Positions 40,006 through 50,140 of a stretch of 64,000 bases of DNA are shown here, one piece after another. The number at the start of each line of letters is the position of its first letter. Position 1 is the first letter of the stretch. Source of the DNA: a virus; the IMG/VR virus record IMGVR_UViG_3300042898_002309, positions 33,025 to 97,024 of that record. One strand, given 5' to 3'. The notes beneath the pieces are model-generated. The model searched no databases, was not told where the DNA came from, and saw only the letters and a program-made list of their open reading frames with translations. The translations under genes were made by a program, and so were the position numbers.

Positions 40006-42756
40006 TTATTTCTTGTTATCAGATTTTCCTTTAACATCATATTTATTTTTGTTTTCTCTGGCCACTTGTAATTGTTTATCAGCAATATTTTGTTGAACCA
40101 TAAGTTTTTCTCTCTCTAATTCTGCTTTCTGATTATTACTAGAAGTCCTATTAGCTTCTTTTTGTCTTTCAAGACTCATTTGACTAGTGAACTGTTCTGA
40201 GTTTTGTATATCTCTTAGAGTATCATTGTAATCAGATTGTTGATTTTGATTAATATCTTGTGTAGCACCAAATCCAGCAGACCTAATTTCAGCAACAAGA
40301 ATATCTCTCTGTCTATCTTTTTCTCCTCTAATGTCTTCTGAATCTCTTTTAAGTTTTTCATCTTCCGCTCTTGCTTTTAATGCTTGATCTTGCATATCTT
40401 GTTGATGTTTCATTTCTGCATCTTTCTGTGCTTTAATTTTTTGCTCAGAATCTTTAAGTACACTATTCAATTCAGATATACTTTCTGACTGCATTAATTT
40501 TCCTAAGTCATATATTGAAGCTCCTGTAGTGTTATTAGATATTGCCATGTTTTTCAATTGGTCTAATACTGCTCTATAGTTAGCTTTAGTAGTTGCAAAT
40601 ATATTAAGATCTCTCATTAATAAATCTGTACCATTAATCTGAAAGTTTACTTTTTCATCTGCAGAAGTCATATATGATAACCTAGCAGAAGGTTTAGTAG
40701 ATTGATAAAACTGTGCAAGATCTGTTCTCATCTGATGTACTCTTGGCATTAAGTAATCTGAGTGTTGTATGAAGTACATTTCTGTTTGAGCATAAGATGA
40801 TCCAACTGCTTGTTCTACACCTGTTGCAGTTTGTTGAGATAATTGCTGACCCATTCTTTGTGGATTAATACCTATAACTTCATATGCTTGTTGTTTCATA
40901 TATGTAGCTAATTGTATTCTTGACATTAACCTATTAGTTTGTTCTAGGTCTAATTTCTGAAAGTGTTGAAAGTTAAGAGCATTCTCTGTATTAGTAATAC
41001 TGGTATCTAAAGGAAGCATCTGAAAATTCTTCATTGCTACATAAGCTTTAGCTAAATTGTTTTTACCCCAGTCTTCACCCATAGAATGTCTTGGTAATGC
41101 ATTCTGATCTAATAAGATAACTGTACCTAACTCATCTACTAAAATATCTGCTATTTGGTTATTAACAATATTATATCCTATCTGGAAAGGTTTCATTAAA
41201 TCTATTAATGCAGTTGACTTAGTATTTCTATCTGAGAATACTGCACCTTCTACTGGTAGTTTACATCCATATAAACTATTATCACCTTTAAATTGAAATC
41301 TAAGTGGTCCTATGTTTTGTTTATCAACACCAATATATATAGGAGTAAATCCACCAGGGTTATTCATACCCCAGAAAGAAGGAATGTTTGGTCCAACTTT
41401 AATACCACCCCATACCTCATTAATCCAAATCCAGTCTATATGCTCACCATATACAATATTGTCTTTAGTTTTATTTTTAAAGAGTCTTGTATCATATATA
41501 GGCATATCTGTTACTTTATAGTCTTCAGTAATAATTTCTGTAATTACTTCACCTGAGTCAGTAACTTTAGTTAAGTGACCTACTTTTCTTTGAGATTTCC
41601 AATATGCTGTAGTACAACGTAATAGATATGCAGTACCTTGATCATAATAATCTTCTCCTTCTCTAAGTATGTAATTAACAATATCTCCTCCGTTGAATAT
41701 ACTATTAGCTGCTGCAGTAGAGTATTGTCTGAATCCTAATGAAGGCATGTTAGTATTCCACTCATGTGATTTAGTTGCATCATAAAATGATCCGTCATTC
41801 TGAGTACCACCAATGTTATATCCTGCAGATCTGATAGGATAGATAGCTTCTAGTGATGCCATCTGATCTTCATTCATCATATATCCATACTTGTCAATAA
41901 CATCTGCTACAGTTAACATGTCAGTTTTACCAACCCAGTTAGATTGTGATATATATCTTGCATCAGGAGACTTGTGATAGAATGTTAGTACAGGATTCCA
42001 TAATTCTACATCATAATCATCTTCCATCATTCTCATATGCCAGAACTCTCTGTCTGTAATAAGCATATCTCTGAATCCTCTTTCTTCTAACTCATCCATT
42101 CTGAATCTTTCAGTATCAACTTCATGTTGATGAGAAGCCCATTGCTCTACTATAGATCTGTAATCTTTTTTAAAGAATTGTTCTATTTCAGGTAATGTTT
42201 TAAGTTTTTCTGGATTTAATTGTTCTTGTGCTTCTGGAGATTCTGGATTAAGACCTTGTTCTACTAATGCAGATGTTATCTTCATCTGTGCATCTTGCAT
42301 TAATGTGTCTTCTACCATTTGTCTTTTTTGCTCCATCATATCATTATATGATCCTTCATCAACAGCACGGTATGTTAATTTACTTGATCTTTTAGCAAAC
42401 TCAGCTACAAGAACATTAATTACATTGGGTATAATTGGGTAAAATTTAAGTTCAAGTGCAGAAGAATCTTCTTTAGTAAGAGTTTCAATTATATCTCTAT
42501 AATCATTATCTTCCTCTACAATATAATCAGACTTATCAATAACACCTTTAGCTAACTTATAATTTTTCATTAACCTACGGGCATTTCTCTTAATCTGTTT
42601 AAGACCATTCCACTCTAACCAGTCAAGATTCCAAGCTGCCCACTTATCATCTTTTTCTGCTTTAGGAATAAACTGTAAAGGTTGAGTTATACTACCTAAC
42701 CTGTTGTGTTCTGTCTTTGCTCCTTTTTTTAACTGTAGTGCATTATATACTTGCAT
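40006..42756 (-). CDS. Portal protein
   Basis: FYPIIPNVINVLVAE and IGINPQRMGQ...TATGVEQAV motifs; C-terminal coiled coil; follows the terminase gene. Confidence 0.88.
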   Translation of the reverse strand: MQVYNALQLKKGAKTEHNRLGSITQPLQFIPKAEKDDKWAAWNLDWLEWNGLKQIKRNARRLMKNYKLAKGVIDKSDYIVEEDNDYRDIIETLTKEDSSALELKFYPIIPNVINVLVAEFAKRSSKLTYRAVDEGSYNDMMEQKRQMVEDTLMQDAQMKITSALVEQGLNPESPEAQEQLNPEKLKTLPEIEQFFKKDYRSIVEQWASHQHEVDTERFRMDELEERGFRDMLITDREFWHMRMMEDDYDVELWNPVLTFYHKSPDARYISQSNWVGKTDMLTVADVIDKYGYMMNEDQMASLEAIYPIRSAGYNIGGTQNDGSFYDATKSHEWNTNMPSLGFRQYSTAAANSIFNGGDIVNYILREGEDYYDQGTAYLLRCTTAYWKSQRKVGHLTKVTDSGEVITEIITEDYKVTDMPIYDTRLFKNKTKDNIVYGEHIDWIWINEVWGGIKVGPNIPSFWGMNNPGGFTPIYIGVDKQNIGPLRFQFKGDNSLYGCKLPVEGAVFSDRNTKSTALIDLMKPFQIGYNIVNNQIADILVDELGTVILLDQNALPRHSMGEDWGKNNLAKAYVAMKNFQMLPLDTSITNTENALNFQHFQKLDLEQTNRLMSRIQLATYMKQQAYEVIGINPQRMGQQLSQQTATGVEQAVGSSYAQTEMYFIQHSDYLMPRVHQMRTDLAQFYQSTKPSARLSYMTSADEKVNFQINGTDLLMRDLNIFATTKANYRAVLDQLKNMAISNNTTGASIYDLGKLMQSESISELNSVLKDSEQKIKAQKDAEMKHQQDMQDQALKARAEDEKLKRDSEDIRGEKDRQRDILVAEIRSAGFGATQDINQNQQSDYNDTLRDIQNSEQFTSQMSLERQKEANRTSSNNQKAELEREKLMVQQNIADKQLQVARENKNKYDVKGKSDNKK

Positions 42757-42762
42757 ATTCTT

Positions 42763-44967
42763 TTATTTTAAATTTTTAAATGGTGATCTGTTAAATTTTT
42801 GATTTTCACCTAATCCACTTCTACCCATATGTCTAAAAGGACTACTCTTTAAGGTATACAAATTTTTTGAATTTTCCAATTTTTTACTTGCTTCATCTCT
42901 CACAATTCTTTTTGTGTAACCCATATTAGCTTGTTGGATTTTAAGAAATGAAACTAATGCAGAAAAAGCTACTAATCTATCCACGTTGAGTCCATCTTGA
43001 TAAGCCTGCATTTCTTTCATTAACATTATATCCGGTATTCTTTCTACACCATAATGTATTTTTACAGTAGTACCATCATCTTTCTGTATATGATCTATCT
43101 CTTCAGTTAAGAAATCTTGAGTATAACTGATCATATGGTTTTTAAATAATACCCCTGTATTTCTCCATCCGTATTCTTGGAATACATTTGCATTAGAACC
43201 TAAATCTTTTAAGAATACTATTTTGTTTCTTGGTACAAGATATCTTTGTTTCTTTCTTGATATCATGTGATTTATAAATTGAGATATGTTATTCTCTACT
43301 ATAGTCCATGCATTATACCATTCTATTATTAATTCTAGTCTCTCATGTGTTTTATTAATATCATCAAATCTTCCGCACCATGCTGCTACAATTTTATCTC
43401 TTTCTATAAATGTCTCAGCCTCACCATTAGTAACCTTAGTTACTTCAACTGGAGCTTTCATTATATATATGGAACATAGTGAGTCTGAGGTAGTTGTCTT
43501 TCCTTCTGCAACAGGGTCAATACTACCATAGTACATACCAAATGTAGGATCTGGTACTGGTCTTTCCCATACTACTAATGTACCTGTTTTATCTTCTGTC
43601 TTCTTAGATATAGGAAACTCAGCTATTGGTAATTTATTAGTAGCTTTTACTTTTACTTTACCGGTTTCATCTCTAGATATATCAAGAAACTCTGAAGAGT
43701 ATTCTTTTTCTTCTATTCTTTTTATCTGAGCATTTACAAGATGTGGTGGAAACTTAGCCTCTTTTCTAAATGCAAATGCCTCTTCTATATTTCTTGGATG
43801 CTGAGATACCTCAAGTTGATAATCTTTAGGTTCTTTATTTTTCTTAATTTCCTCAAAGTATTCATCTAAAGCAATTAATGCTTCTTGGACAAGTGAATTA
43901 CCATAGTCATCTATATATGGTGGCATAGACCATTGTTCCGGTATAAACAATCCTGATTCTCCCCATGTATTATCTTTATCAATTAGATTAGTTTTAACTG
44001 GGTATATATCATTACTAATTGGATCAAGTATCATTTTCTTTAAAGGACCACATTGATCAAGATCCCCTACTGATCCTGCAGCAATAAATAATCCTGTAGT
44101 AATCATACCAGACTTAAGTGCTGGCTTGATATATCCAAAGGTTGTATCCATCTTGGGAGCAATTCCTGCTTCCTCATGAAAGAAGAACTTAACTGGACCC
44201 CCTACACCATTTGTTGGATCTTTCTCAAAAGACATACCTTGCATAGTACCTTTAAGTCCTATTTCAGCTTTTCTATCACCTTTTCTTATTTCAATTTTTT
44301 GTTGCCACATCATTATTTTGTCTGGAGACATAGGTCTATACCATGCAGTATGTTCATTTAAGAATGCTGCATACTCAGATAAAAATTTCCATGTACCTTT
44401 CTCATTGATATAATCTTTAAGTGAGGCACCCATTTTTAATGTAACCCCTGCTTCAAACCATAACTGATTAATGAGTTTACCTGCATGAAAGTATGAACTA
44501 GCTATCTGTCTTTTTTTAAGAATAGCTACGTGCATATAGTTTATCTCTGCAAGTATCTCATATAAGGCCATATGATATTGTGCATCTCTTATCTTAGCAA
44601 ATCCAAACTTTTGCTCCTCCTTATCAAAGATTGGTAAGAAGTTTAACCACATATAATAATCTCTTGTAAGGAACCAGATTTTAGTTCCTGATTTAATTAT
44701 TACACCTAATCTGCATTTAGCTTTTTGGTCTTCCCAATAGTTAATAAAATCTTTAGATTTAAATGGAGCTACACAATATACTTTATCTATATTGAATTTT
44801 GTTGATTCAGATATAAATACTTTATTACTAACATCATCAAACTCATATTCACCTGGCTCTTTAAATAATGCAAACACAAACTCACCAAATTCTTTTCTTG
44901 TACTAAAAGATGTAGTAGTCCATGTTCCATTATCCCAAGTGGGAATATCCGTGTACATATTTTCCAT
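42763..44967 (-). CDS. terL: Terminase large subunit
   Basis: Walker A-like LKKRQIASSY, Walker B FFHEEAG, nuclease GSIDPV ... VENN ... NVDRLVA. Confidence 0.93.
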   Translation of the reverse strand: MENMYTDIPTWDNGTWTTTSFSTRKEFGEFVFALFKEPGEYEFDDVSNKVFISESTKFNIDKVYCVAPFKSKDFINYWEDQKAKCRLGVIIKSGTKIWFLTRDYYMWLNFLPIFDKEEQKFGFAKIRDAQYHMALYEILAEINYMHVAILKKRQIASSYFHAGKLINQLWFEAGVTLKMGASLKDYINEKGTWKFLSEYAAFLNEHTAWYRPMSPDKIMMWQQKIEIRKGDRKAEIGLKGTMQGMSFEKDPTNGVGGPVKFFFHEEAGIAPKMDTTFGYIKPALKSGMITTGLFIAAGSVGDLDQCGPLKKMILDPISNDIYPVKTNLIDKDNTWGESGLFIPEQWSMPPYIDDYGNSLVQEALIALDEYFEEIKKNKEPKDYQLEVSQHPRNIEEAFAFRKEAKFPPHLVNAQIKRIEEKEYSSEFLDISRDETGKVKVKATNKLPIAEFPISKKTEDKTGTLVVWERPVPDPTFGMYYGSIDPVAEGKTTTSDSLCSIYIMKAPVEVTKVTNGEAETFIERDKIVAAWCGRFDDINKTHERLELIIEWYNAWTIVENNISQFINHMISRKKQRYLVPRNKIVFLKDLGSNANVFQEYGWRNTGVLFKNHMISYTQDFLTEEIDHIQKDDGTTVKIHYGVERIPDIMLMKEMQAYQDGLNVDRLVAFSALVSFLKIQQANMGYTKRIVRDEASKKLENSKNLYTLKSSPFRHMGRSGLGENQKFNRSPFKNLK

Positions 44968-44979
44968 AACTACTTGATT

Positions 44980-45495
44980 TTAAGAATCATAAGATAAACC
45001 AATTCCTCCGCGTACTTTACTAGATTGTTCTTCCTGTAAATCTTTATATACTCCTTTAAAAGAAGCTCTAATAAGATCAAAGTTCTTTGCTGCAGCAACT
45101 AATGAATTTATATTACCATCTCTTCCTGCAGTAATTGGAGTAGTCTCCATATATCTAGCTAATCTATCTAACATAGATGCCATACCTTTATATGCTCTAT
45201 ATGTAGGAGTCTCATATAATCTTTGGCAAAATACTAATGCTTGATATATTGTTTTATCCTCAATAGAAAATTCAGCTTTTATCTCAGTTAGAATTAAATC
45301 TTCTTTATCTATCTCTGGTGTGTGAAAGAATGGATTCATATCAGGATTAGGACATGTCATATAAAACAAGTACTGATATATCTTAATGTAGTTTTCTGGA
45401 TATTCATCCATAACATCCTTAAGTGCATGTAAAGTATAACAATGTTCAGTTGGTATTACTACATTATTCTGTACATCAAATAGTTTTATTAACAT
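44980..45495 (-). CDS. Conserved helical protein upstream of TerL (candidate terminase small subunit)
   Basis: Position; helical sequence ending SKVRGG. Confidence 0.45.
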   Translation of the reverse strand: MLIKLFDVQNNVVIPTEHCYTLHALKDVMDEYPENYIKIYQYLFYMTCPNPDMNPFFHTPEIDKEDLILTEIKAEFSIEDKTIYQALVFCQRLYETPTYRAYKGMASMLDRLARYMETTPITAGRDGNINSLVAAAKNFDLIRASFKGVYKDLQEEQSSKVRGGIGLSYDS

Positions 45496-45497
45496 CT

Positions 45498-46304
45498 TTA
45501 TAATGATTTAATTATAGCAATTACTTCTTCTTTTAAATATGGTATCTCCATTGGTATTACTTGTTTAATTTCCGGATCTCCTTGATCAGTATATTTAGTA
45601 ATAGGATATCCCCATTCATCTACTCCATCTAAGTCAAATGTAACATGATGTATAAACAATTTACCCGGTTTTAATTTTGGGTTATGCTTCAACATAATAT
45701 ACATATATATACTTAATTGTAGTGCATAGTGGTTAAAATTACAATCATCCAAATGTGATACAGGTTCCTGTAATTTGTCACTAATCCCATCCCAATCCTT
45801 ATATGATTCAACATCAATCTTCTTATTTGTCTTGTAATCAATGATATTTATCCTATCATTTACTACTTCTACTAAATCTGATTGACCACATATACCTGCA
45901 GACTTTAAATAAACCATATGTTCAGGATATACACCTTGTTCTAATTTCTGAGAAGGAGCATACTTTAAATTGTTTACTTCAGGTACTGGAGTTATTATTG
46001 GTATTATCACACCATCTACTTCCAATGAAGATAGACTGCATAGATCTGATTCTCTTTGATTATGATAAAAGGTTCCTAATGATGTAGCTCTTAGTGCTTC
46101 ACTATCCCAGATTTCAATTATCTTTTCTGGTGCTATACCAAACCATTTTGATTTTTTTTGTTTAGAGCATTTAGCAGCTACTTTAACTTTATCAAATGGC
46201 TTTTTTAATTTTGATATAAGACTTGTTACACTAGTCCATTTGATAGATTCTTCACCTTCTATACTAGTATAACTATGATCATCTGCTTTAAATACTATAC
46301 TCAT
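45498..46304 (-). CDS. PD-(D/E)xK family exonuclease
   Basis: GTFYH, E...CGQSDLV...IIDYKTNK and HYALQLSIY motifs. Confidence 0.85.
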   Translation of the reverse strand: MSIVFKADDHSYTSIEGEESIKWTSVTSLISKLKKPFDKVKVAAKCSKQKKSKWFGIAPEKIIEIWDSEALRATSLGTFYHNQRESDLCSLSSLEVDGVIIPIITPVPEVNNLKYAPSQKLEQGVYPEHMVYLKSAGICGQSDLVEVVNDRINIIDYKTNKKIDVESYKDWDGISDKLQEPVSHLDDCNFNHYALQLSIYMYIMLKHNPKLKPGKLFIHHVTFDLDGVDEWGYPITKYTDQGDPEIKQVIPMEIPYLKEEVIAIIKSL

Positions 46305-46615
46305 AATTGTGCATTTTCTATAATTGTATCAGCTAAAATAATTGATGCTTCATCATTTGATGTCAACATACTTTTAATATTATTAACTTCTTCTTGAGTA
46401 AATTTATCTTCTAATCTAAGTATACTCAATGATAAAAACTTATTTTGAAGTTCTAATTTTTCTATTCTATTTAATAATACCTCTGTTGGAGTATAAACAT
46501 TTTTATTATTACTTGTTATTTGATCCCATATACCACCAGCAGTTACAGTACCAACACTACCAATATGATTAAGTCCATATAAACCTTGTGCTGTTAAATC
46601 TTCTCCAATTGTCAT
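46301..46615 (-). CDS. Hypothetical protein
   Basis: ORF in the operon with a 4-nt overlap; short coiled coil. Confidence 0.55.
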   Translation of the reverse strand: MTIGEDLTAQGLYGLNHIGSVGTVTAGGIWDQITSNNKNVYTPTEVLLNRIEKLELQNKFLSLSILRLEDKFTQEEVNNIKSMLTSNDEASIILADTIIENAQL

Positions 46616-46617
46616 AA

Positions 46618-46917
46618 TTATAATTTTTCTAGTTTATCTTCATCTTCTTCTGTGATAACCGCCTTCCATCTTAAGTCTGGACAGTCTGATGATAATGATC
46701 TTGTTTTAAATGTAAGTGAACATCCACATAAATTACAACATGGTTGCGTCCCTGGCATTACACATGATGAACCTTTAGTATCTTTTCTTACACACACATT
46801 ACATAACTCCATTCTGTCTGCTGCAATCTTTTCTACAAAGGCATCTCTTATTACAGAGTTCTTAATACCCTCCATAATCTGTTTTCTATTGTTCCAAATT
46901 TCCTTTAGCTTTACCAT
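46618..46917 (-). CDS. Small Cys-rich metal-binding protein
   Basis: RMELCNVC...CCNLCGC...K...CP...W pattern. Confidence 0.6.
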   Translation of the reverse strand: MVKLKEIWNNRKQIMEGIKNSVIRDAFVEKIAADRMELCNVCVRKDTKGSSCVMPGTQPCCNLCGCSLTFKTRSLSSDCPDLRWKAVITEEDEDKLEKL

Positions 46918-47275
46918 CTGCTTTATCCTTTAAAAATTTATCTTTAATTTCTTTATCTGCTTTTAGCATTTTATCTGCTTTCTCTAATAATATAACTTTA
47001 GCCTCTATTCTTTTCTTATAGTTATAATTGGCCATAGTATCAGTATTTAGTGTTTCAATACTATTATGATACTTGTCCAAGAGTGCAGTAACTAATCTAG
47101 GTTTAATTGACATGATTCCTAAACCATCTAAGTTTATTCTGATATGATTTAACTCAGTTAAGTTTTTTCTTATCTCTTTATAGTAGAAAGTCATGAAATT
47201 ATCTACAAGTGTTTCTGAGACATTTAAATCTTCAGCAACTTGTTTATATAATATATTAGGTTTTTTTGGAATCAT
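46886..47275 (-). CDS. HU/IHF-like DNA-binding protein
   Basis: QVAEDLNVSETLVDNFM helices followed by INLDGLGIMSIK. Confidence 0.6.
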   Translation of the reverse strand: MIPKKPNILYKQVAEDLNVSETLVDNFMTFYYKEIRKNLTELNHIRINLDGLGIMSIKPRLVTALLDKYHNSIETLNTDTMANYNYKKRIEAKVILLEKADKMLKADKEIKDKFLKDKADGKAKGNLEQ

Positions 47276-47634
47276 CTTCCTAGAAATTTATAATCTAATA
47301 ATATATCTCCTTCTGTTTGTACTTGCAAGGTAGGATTTAATCTGATAAGTTTTTTATCTACATCATCTTTAATTACTAACATTGTCTTCATTGCTTTATT
47401 AACCGCATTTCTAACTGTTTGTGGAGACTTAAATATCATCTGTTCATCAGAAGAAGCATCATAACAAAAATGAGTTAATTCAATAGGTCCTGACATGCTC
47501 AATAATGTTAAACAGTTTAAGTCAGAATCACTCACCACTATATGATTAATATAGCAGTGAGATAATATCTGAAATTTAACAATTTCCCATTTAGGCATTA
47601 CAGCACGTTTCTGTACTTGATTTACTAATGCCAT
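47272..47634 (-). CDS. Winged helix-turn-helix protein, putative regulator
   Basis: SPQTVRNAVNKAMKTMLVIK recognition-helix-like segment followed by a wing (KLIRLNP). Confidence 0.55.
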   Translation of the reverse strand: MALVNQVQKRAVMPKWEIVKFQILSHCYINHIVVSDSDLNCLTLLSMSGPIELTHFCYDASSDEQMIFKSPQTVRNAVNKAMKTMLVIKDDVDKKLIRLNPTLQVQTEGDILLDYKFLGR

Positions 47635-47640
47635 AAGTTC

Positions 47641-47916
47641 TTATTGAGTTTTAAGTTTTCTTTCTTGTTCTGGTGATGGTGCATCAATTTCTTCTTCACC
47701 TTCAGTAGGTGGGTTCATCATCATTGCAAGTTGATAGTTAATACTTGTTCTTTTGAATCTAGCCTCATCAATTTCACATAGTACTTTTTCATACTCTAGT
47801 TGTGCTGTTAAATAAGGAATTGATTCTGTGTAAAATTTAAGCATATCAGCCTTTCTTTCTGCTAATTCTTCTGCTGTTAACTCTACTTCTTGCTCTTGTT
47901 GGTTTACATTTTCCAT
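47641..47916 (-). CDS. Hypothetical acidic coiled-coil protein
   Basis: ORF with an A-rich leader. Confidence 0.55.
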   Translation of the reverse strand: MENVNQQEQEVELTAEELAERKADMLKFYTESIPYLTAQLEYEKVLCEIDEARFKRTSINYQLAMMMNPPTEGEEEIDAPSPEQERKLKTQ

Positions 47917-47944
47917 TGTACTTGTTTTTAAATTAAACTTTTAT

Positions 47945-48139
47945 TTATGCATTTTTATATAAAACATTATTAAATAAGTCATGCTCATCTTTACTTATTT
48001 CTTTCCAGTTAAGTAATGAACGTACTGGAGCAGTATTTCTCATTTGTGACATTACAATAAAAGGATGAATTGTATTTACACTTTCTATTGTTTCATCAGC
48101 AAGTTCACAGACCATCCAGTAAAATTTTTCATTTTCCAT
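47945..48139 (-). CDS. Hypothetical protein
   Basis: First ORF after the promoter at 48163-48170. Confidence 0.55.
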   Translation of the reverse strand: MENEKFYWMVCELADETIESVNTIHPFIVMSQMRNTAPVRSLLNWKEISKDEHDLFNNVLYKNA

Positions 48140-48162
48140 TATATATATTTTTAAAGTTTATA

Positions 48163-48198
48163 CAAATATACAAAATAAGTTTAAACTTCTAGTATTTA
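48163..48198 (-). promoter_or_regulatory. TATATTTG promoter element plus a TAAAC-N7-RTTTA operator-like site
   Basis: caaatata at 48163-48170; taaacttctagtattta at 48182-48198; perfect palindrome aagtttaaactt at 48177-48188. Confidence 0.6.
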
Positions 48199-48202
48199 AA
48201 AT

Positions 48203-48233
48203 AAAAAACTCAGGTACGTTAATTACCTGAGTT
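48203..48233 (-). terminator. Intrinsic terminator ending the lysis cassette
   Basis: AACTCAGGTA...TACCTGAGTTTTT. Confidence 0.85.
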
Positions 48234-48255
48234 CTAAATTATAGATGCGTAGTTA

Positions 48256-48414
48256 TTATCTATTTTTAATTGTAAAGTTTAATATAGTCAACATGTAAAA
48301 GCTTCTATCAATATCAAATTCAATGGTAAATAAGTCTAAAGCTCCAAGACGGATTCTTACACAGGCTTTATCCCATTGTTTATTCTTTATTTTCCAGGCA
48401 TTTCTTAATTTCAT
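48256..48414 (-). CDS. Small hypothetical protein, 52 aa, below the ORF-track cutoff
   Basis: MKLRNAWKIKNKQWDKACVRIRLGALDLFTIEFDIDRSFYMLTILNFTIKNR; ATGA overlap with the upstream stop. Confidence 0.6.
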   Translation of the reverse strand: MKLRNAWKIKNKQWDKACVRIRLGALDLFTIEFDIDRSFYMLTILNFTIKNR

Positions 48415-49013
48415 ACTGCTACTATATCTTTAGATTCAATTAATGTGTAAGAGAATTTGTTACCATGTATTTTTGCTGCTATTCTACAGATCTTCATGAA
48501 CTCATCAAAGTCTTTTACTCTTTTAAATACTTGACATCCTTCTGACCAGTTCTCTACCCATGTAGAATCTTGACCTGCTTTGTGGATATTAATACCAAAC
48601 ATGCCATTATCTCTTATTACTTCATCAAAGGTCATGTCTTTATTATTATCTCTAAAGATTGCTACAGTACCATTTCTTTGACATAGGGCTTCATATTTAC
48701 CTTGATGCTTATCAATAGACCATACACCTCTGTATTGTCCAGGAATAAGTCTTGCTACACCTTTAGGATTATGATACTGCATTACACCTTTTTTACCTGG
48801 TTCAGTTGTATTCATCCATTCATGGTATTGCCATATACCTTTATCATCTTTATATGATATTGTGATAATATCATCAAATACATTAGTAACTTTTCTACCA
48901 GTAGCACTATTACGTACTCCTACTATATTAACATCATAACTTTTGTTTGCTGCATCCTCAAACCACTTGTAGCCTTTAGAGTTAACTGCATTTCTTATTT
49001 GACTTAATATCAT
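48411..49013 (-). CDS. L,D-transpeptidase (YkuD)-like peptidoglycan enzyme
   Basis: GINIHKAG...NWSEGCQV matches the H...S-x-G-C catalytic motif; located in the lysis cluster. Confidence 0.65.
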   Translation of the reverse strand: MILSQIRNAVNSKGYKWFEDAANKSYDVNIVGVRNSATGRKVTNVFDDIITISYKDDKGIWQYHEWMNTTEPGKKGVMQYHNPKGVARLIPGQYRGVWSIDKHQGKYEALCQRNGTVAIFRDNNKDMTFDEVIRDNGMFGINIHKAGQDSTWVENWSEGCQVFKRVKDFDEFMKICRIAAKIHGNKFSYTLIESKDIVAV

Positions 49014-49056
49014 AACTTATTATTTATTGGTTAAACCTGATTATAAAAATACAAAT

Positions 49057-49542
49057 TTAAATTACAATTTCATAAAAGAAATTCTTTTTACACCAATCAT
49101 GTAAATCTTGTGGTGTAAAGTTATATACTTTCTCTATACAATATATCCATGCAATATACTCTGAACAGTATAAACTTTCATATTTTTTCTTTCTCCACCT
49201 GCCTGTAAGTAATTGAAAAGGTTTCTTCATAATAATTTCTTCAAAACTATATGCTGAACAACCTACTCTGGAGAGTGCTCTTTGAGCAAATGTTTTCTCA
49301 TTAGTAACTGTACTTGATCTATGTATTATAATATCATATTCATATTCAAGTAACCAGTCTGCCCATGCTCTTAAATTTACACCATCTTTTTGTGCATCTA
49401 AGACATAGGGTTCTCCCCATACTTCTATGAACACTGCAGAATGTGTAAATTTTGATTTAGTAAATTTCTTAACTAATTTACTATTTAAATTTTTTCCACT
49501 ACAATGTAATATATCTCCCGTTTTTAAAAATGTGGGATTCAT
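49057..49542 (-). CDS. Permuted papain-like (YiiX/YebB, NlpC/P60) cysteine hydrolase
   Basis: LKTGDIL...FTHSAVFI...LYCSEYIAW...TPQDL, with His before Cys. Confidence 0.8.
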   Translation of the reverse strand: MNPTFLKTGDILHCSGKNLNSKLVKKFTKSKFTHSAVFIEVWGEPYVLDAQKDGVNLRAWADWLLEYEYDIIIHRSSTVTNEKTFAQRALSRVGCSAYSFEEIIMKKPFQLLTGRWRKKKYESLYCSEYIAWIYCIEKVYNFTPQDLHDWCKKNFFYEIVI

Positions 49543-49850
49543 TTTACATTTTTAAGTTGAATAGTAATTAGTTTACCAACTGTATCAGATAATTCACCAA
49601 TTTTAGCAGCCATATTCTTAATCTCTTGTTGAGTTGTTTCTGTGATCAACTGATATTTAAGTCTATGTTCTTGTTCAAGTAATTCTATTTTACCTTTTAA
49701 TCTACCCTCCTCTTCTGTGTGAGATTGATCATTAGTTTTAAGAACTGCTACATCTGCTATTATTGATGTGTGTGTTGTCTTTAAAAAGTATCCTATAAGT
49801 GTAATAATAAAACCTATACAGAATAAACCTATTGTAAGTATTTGATCCAT
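49539..49850 (-). CDS. Membrane-anchored coiled-coil protein (holin/spanin-like)
   Basis: N-terminal TM helix followed by heptads; lysis cluster. Confidence 0.5.
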   Translation of the reverse strand: MDQILTIGLFCIGFIITLIGYFLKTTHTSIIADVAVLKTNDQSHTEEEGRLKGKIELLEQEHRLKYQLITETTQQEIKNMAAKIGELSDTVGKLITIQLKNVK

Positions 49851-49923
49851 AATAATAAAAATAAAAAATAATATATATTCTAATATAGTTATATTTTACT
49901 AGATACAGCGCACTTTTTTAAAA

Positions 49924-50136
49924 TTATTTTGCTGGTTCTATGGTTAACTGTGATAATGTGGCAGTTACAGTTCCAGCTAATATTAAGTATCCACTAGCTG
50001 ATACCAATATTGCAGGTAATGCTACTGGAGAAGCAATAATTATTCCTCCTATTGTTCCTGCTATAATACCAATTTTTTGCATTTTTTTCCAAAATGTTGG
50101 AGTTTTAGCATTCCATCTTTTTTTTAAATTTTTCAT
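49924..50136 (-). CDS. Putative holin
   Basis: Basic N-terminus (AKTPTFWKK) and two hydrophobic helices; adjacent to the lysozyme gene. Confidence 0.65.
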   Translation of the reverse strand: MKNLKKRWNAKTPTFWKKMQKIGIIAGTIGGIIIASPVALPAILVSASGYLILAGTVTATLSQLTIEPAK

Positions 50137-50140
50137 AATC

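Noticed and set aside
42763-44967. Intein or intron in the terminase or capsid genes
   Set aside because: The ORFs are uninterrupted, of plausible length, and I see no intein splice motifs or homing endonuclease signatures.
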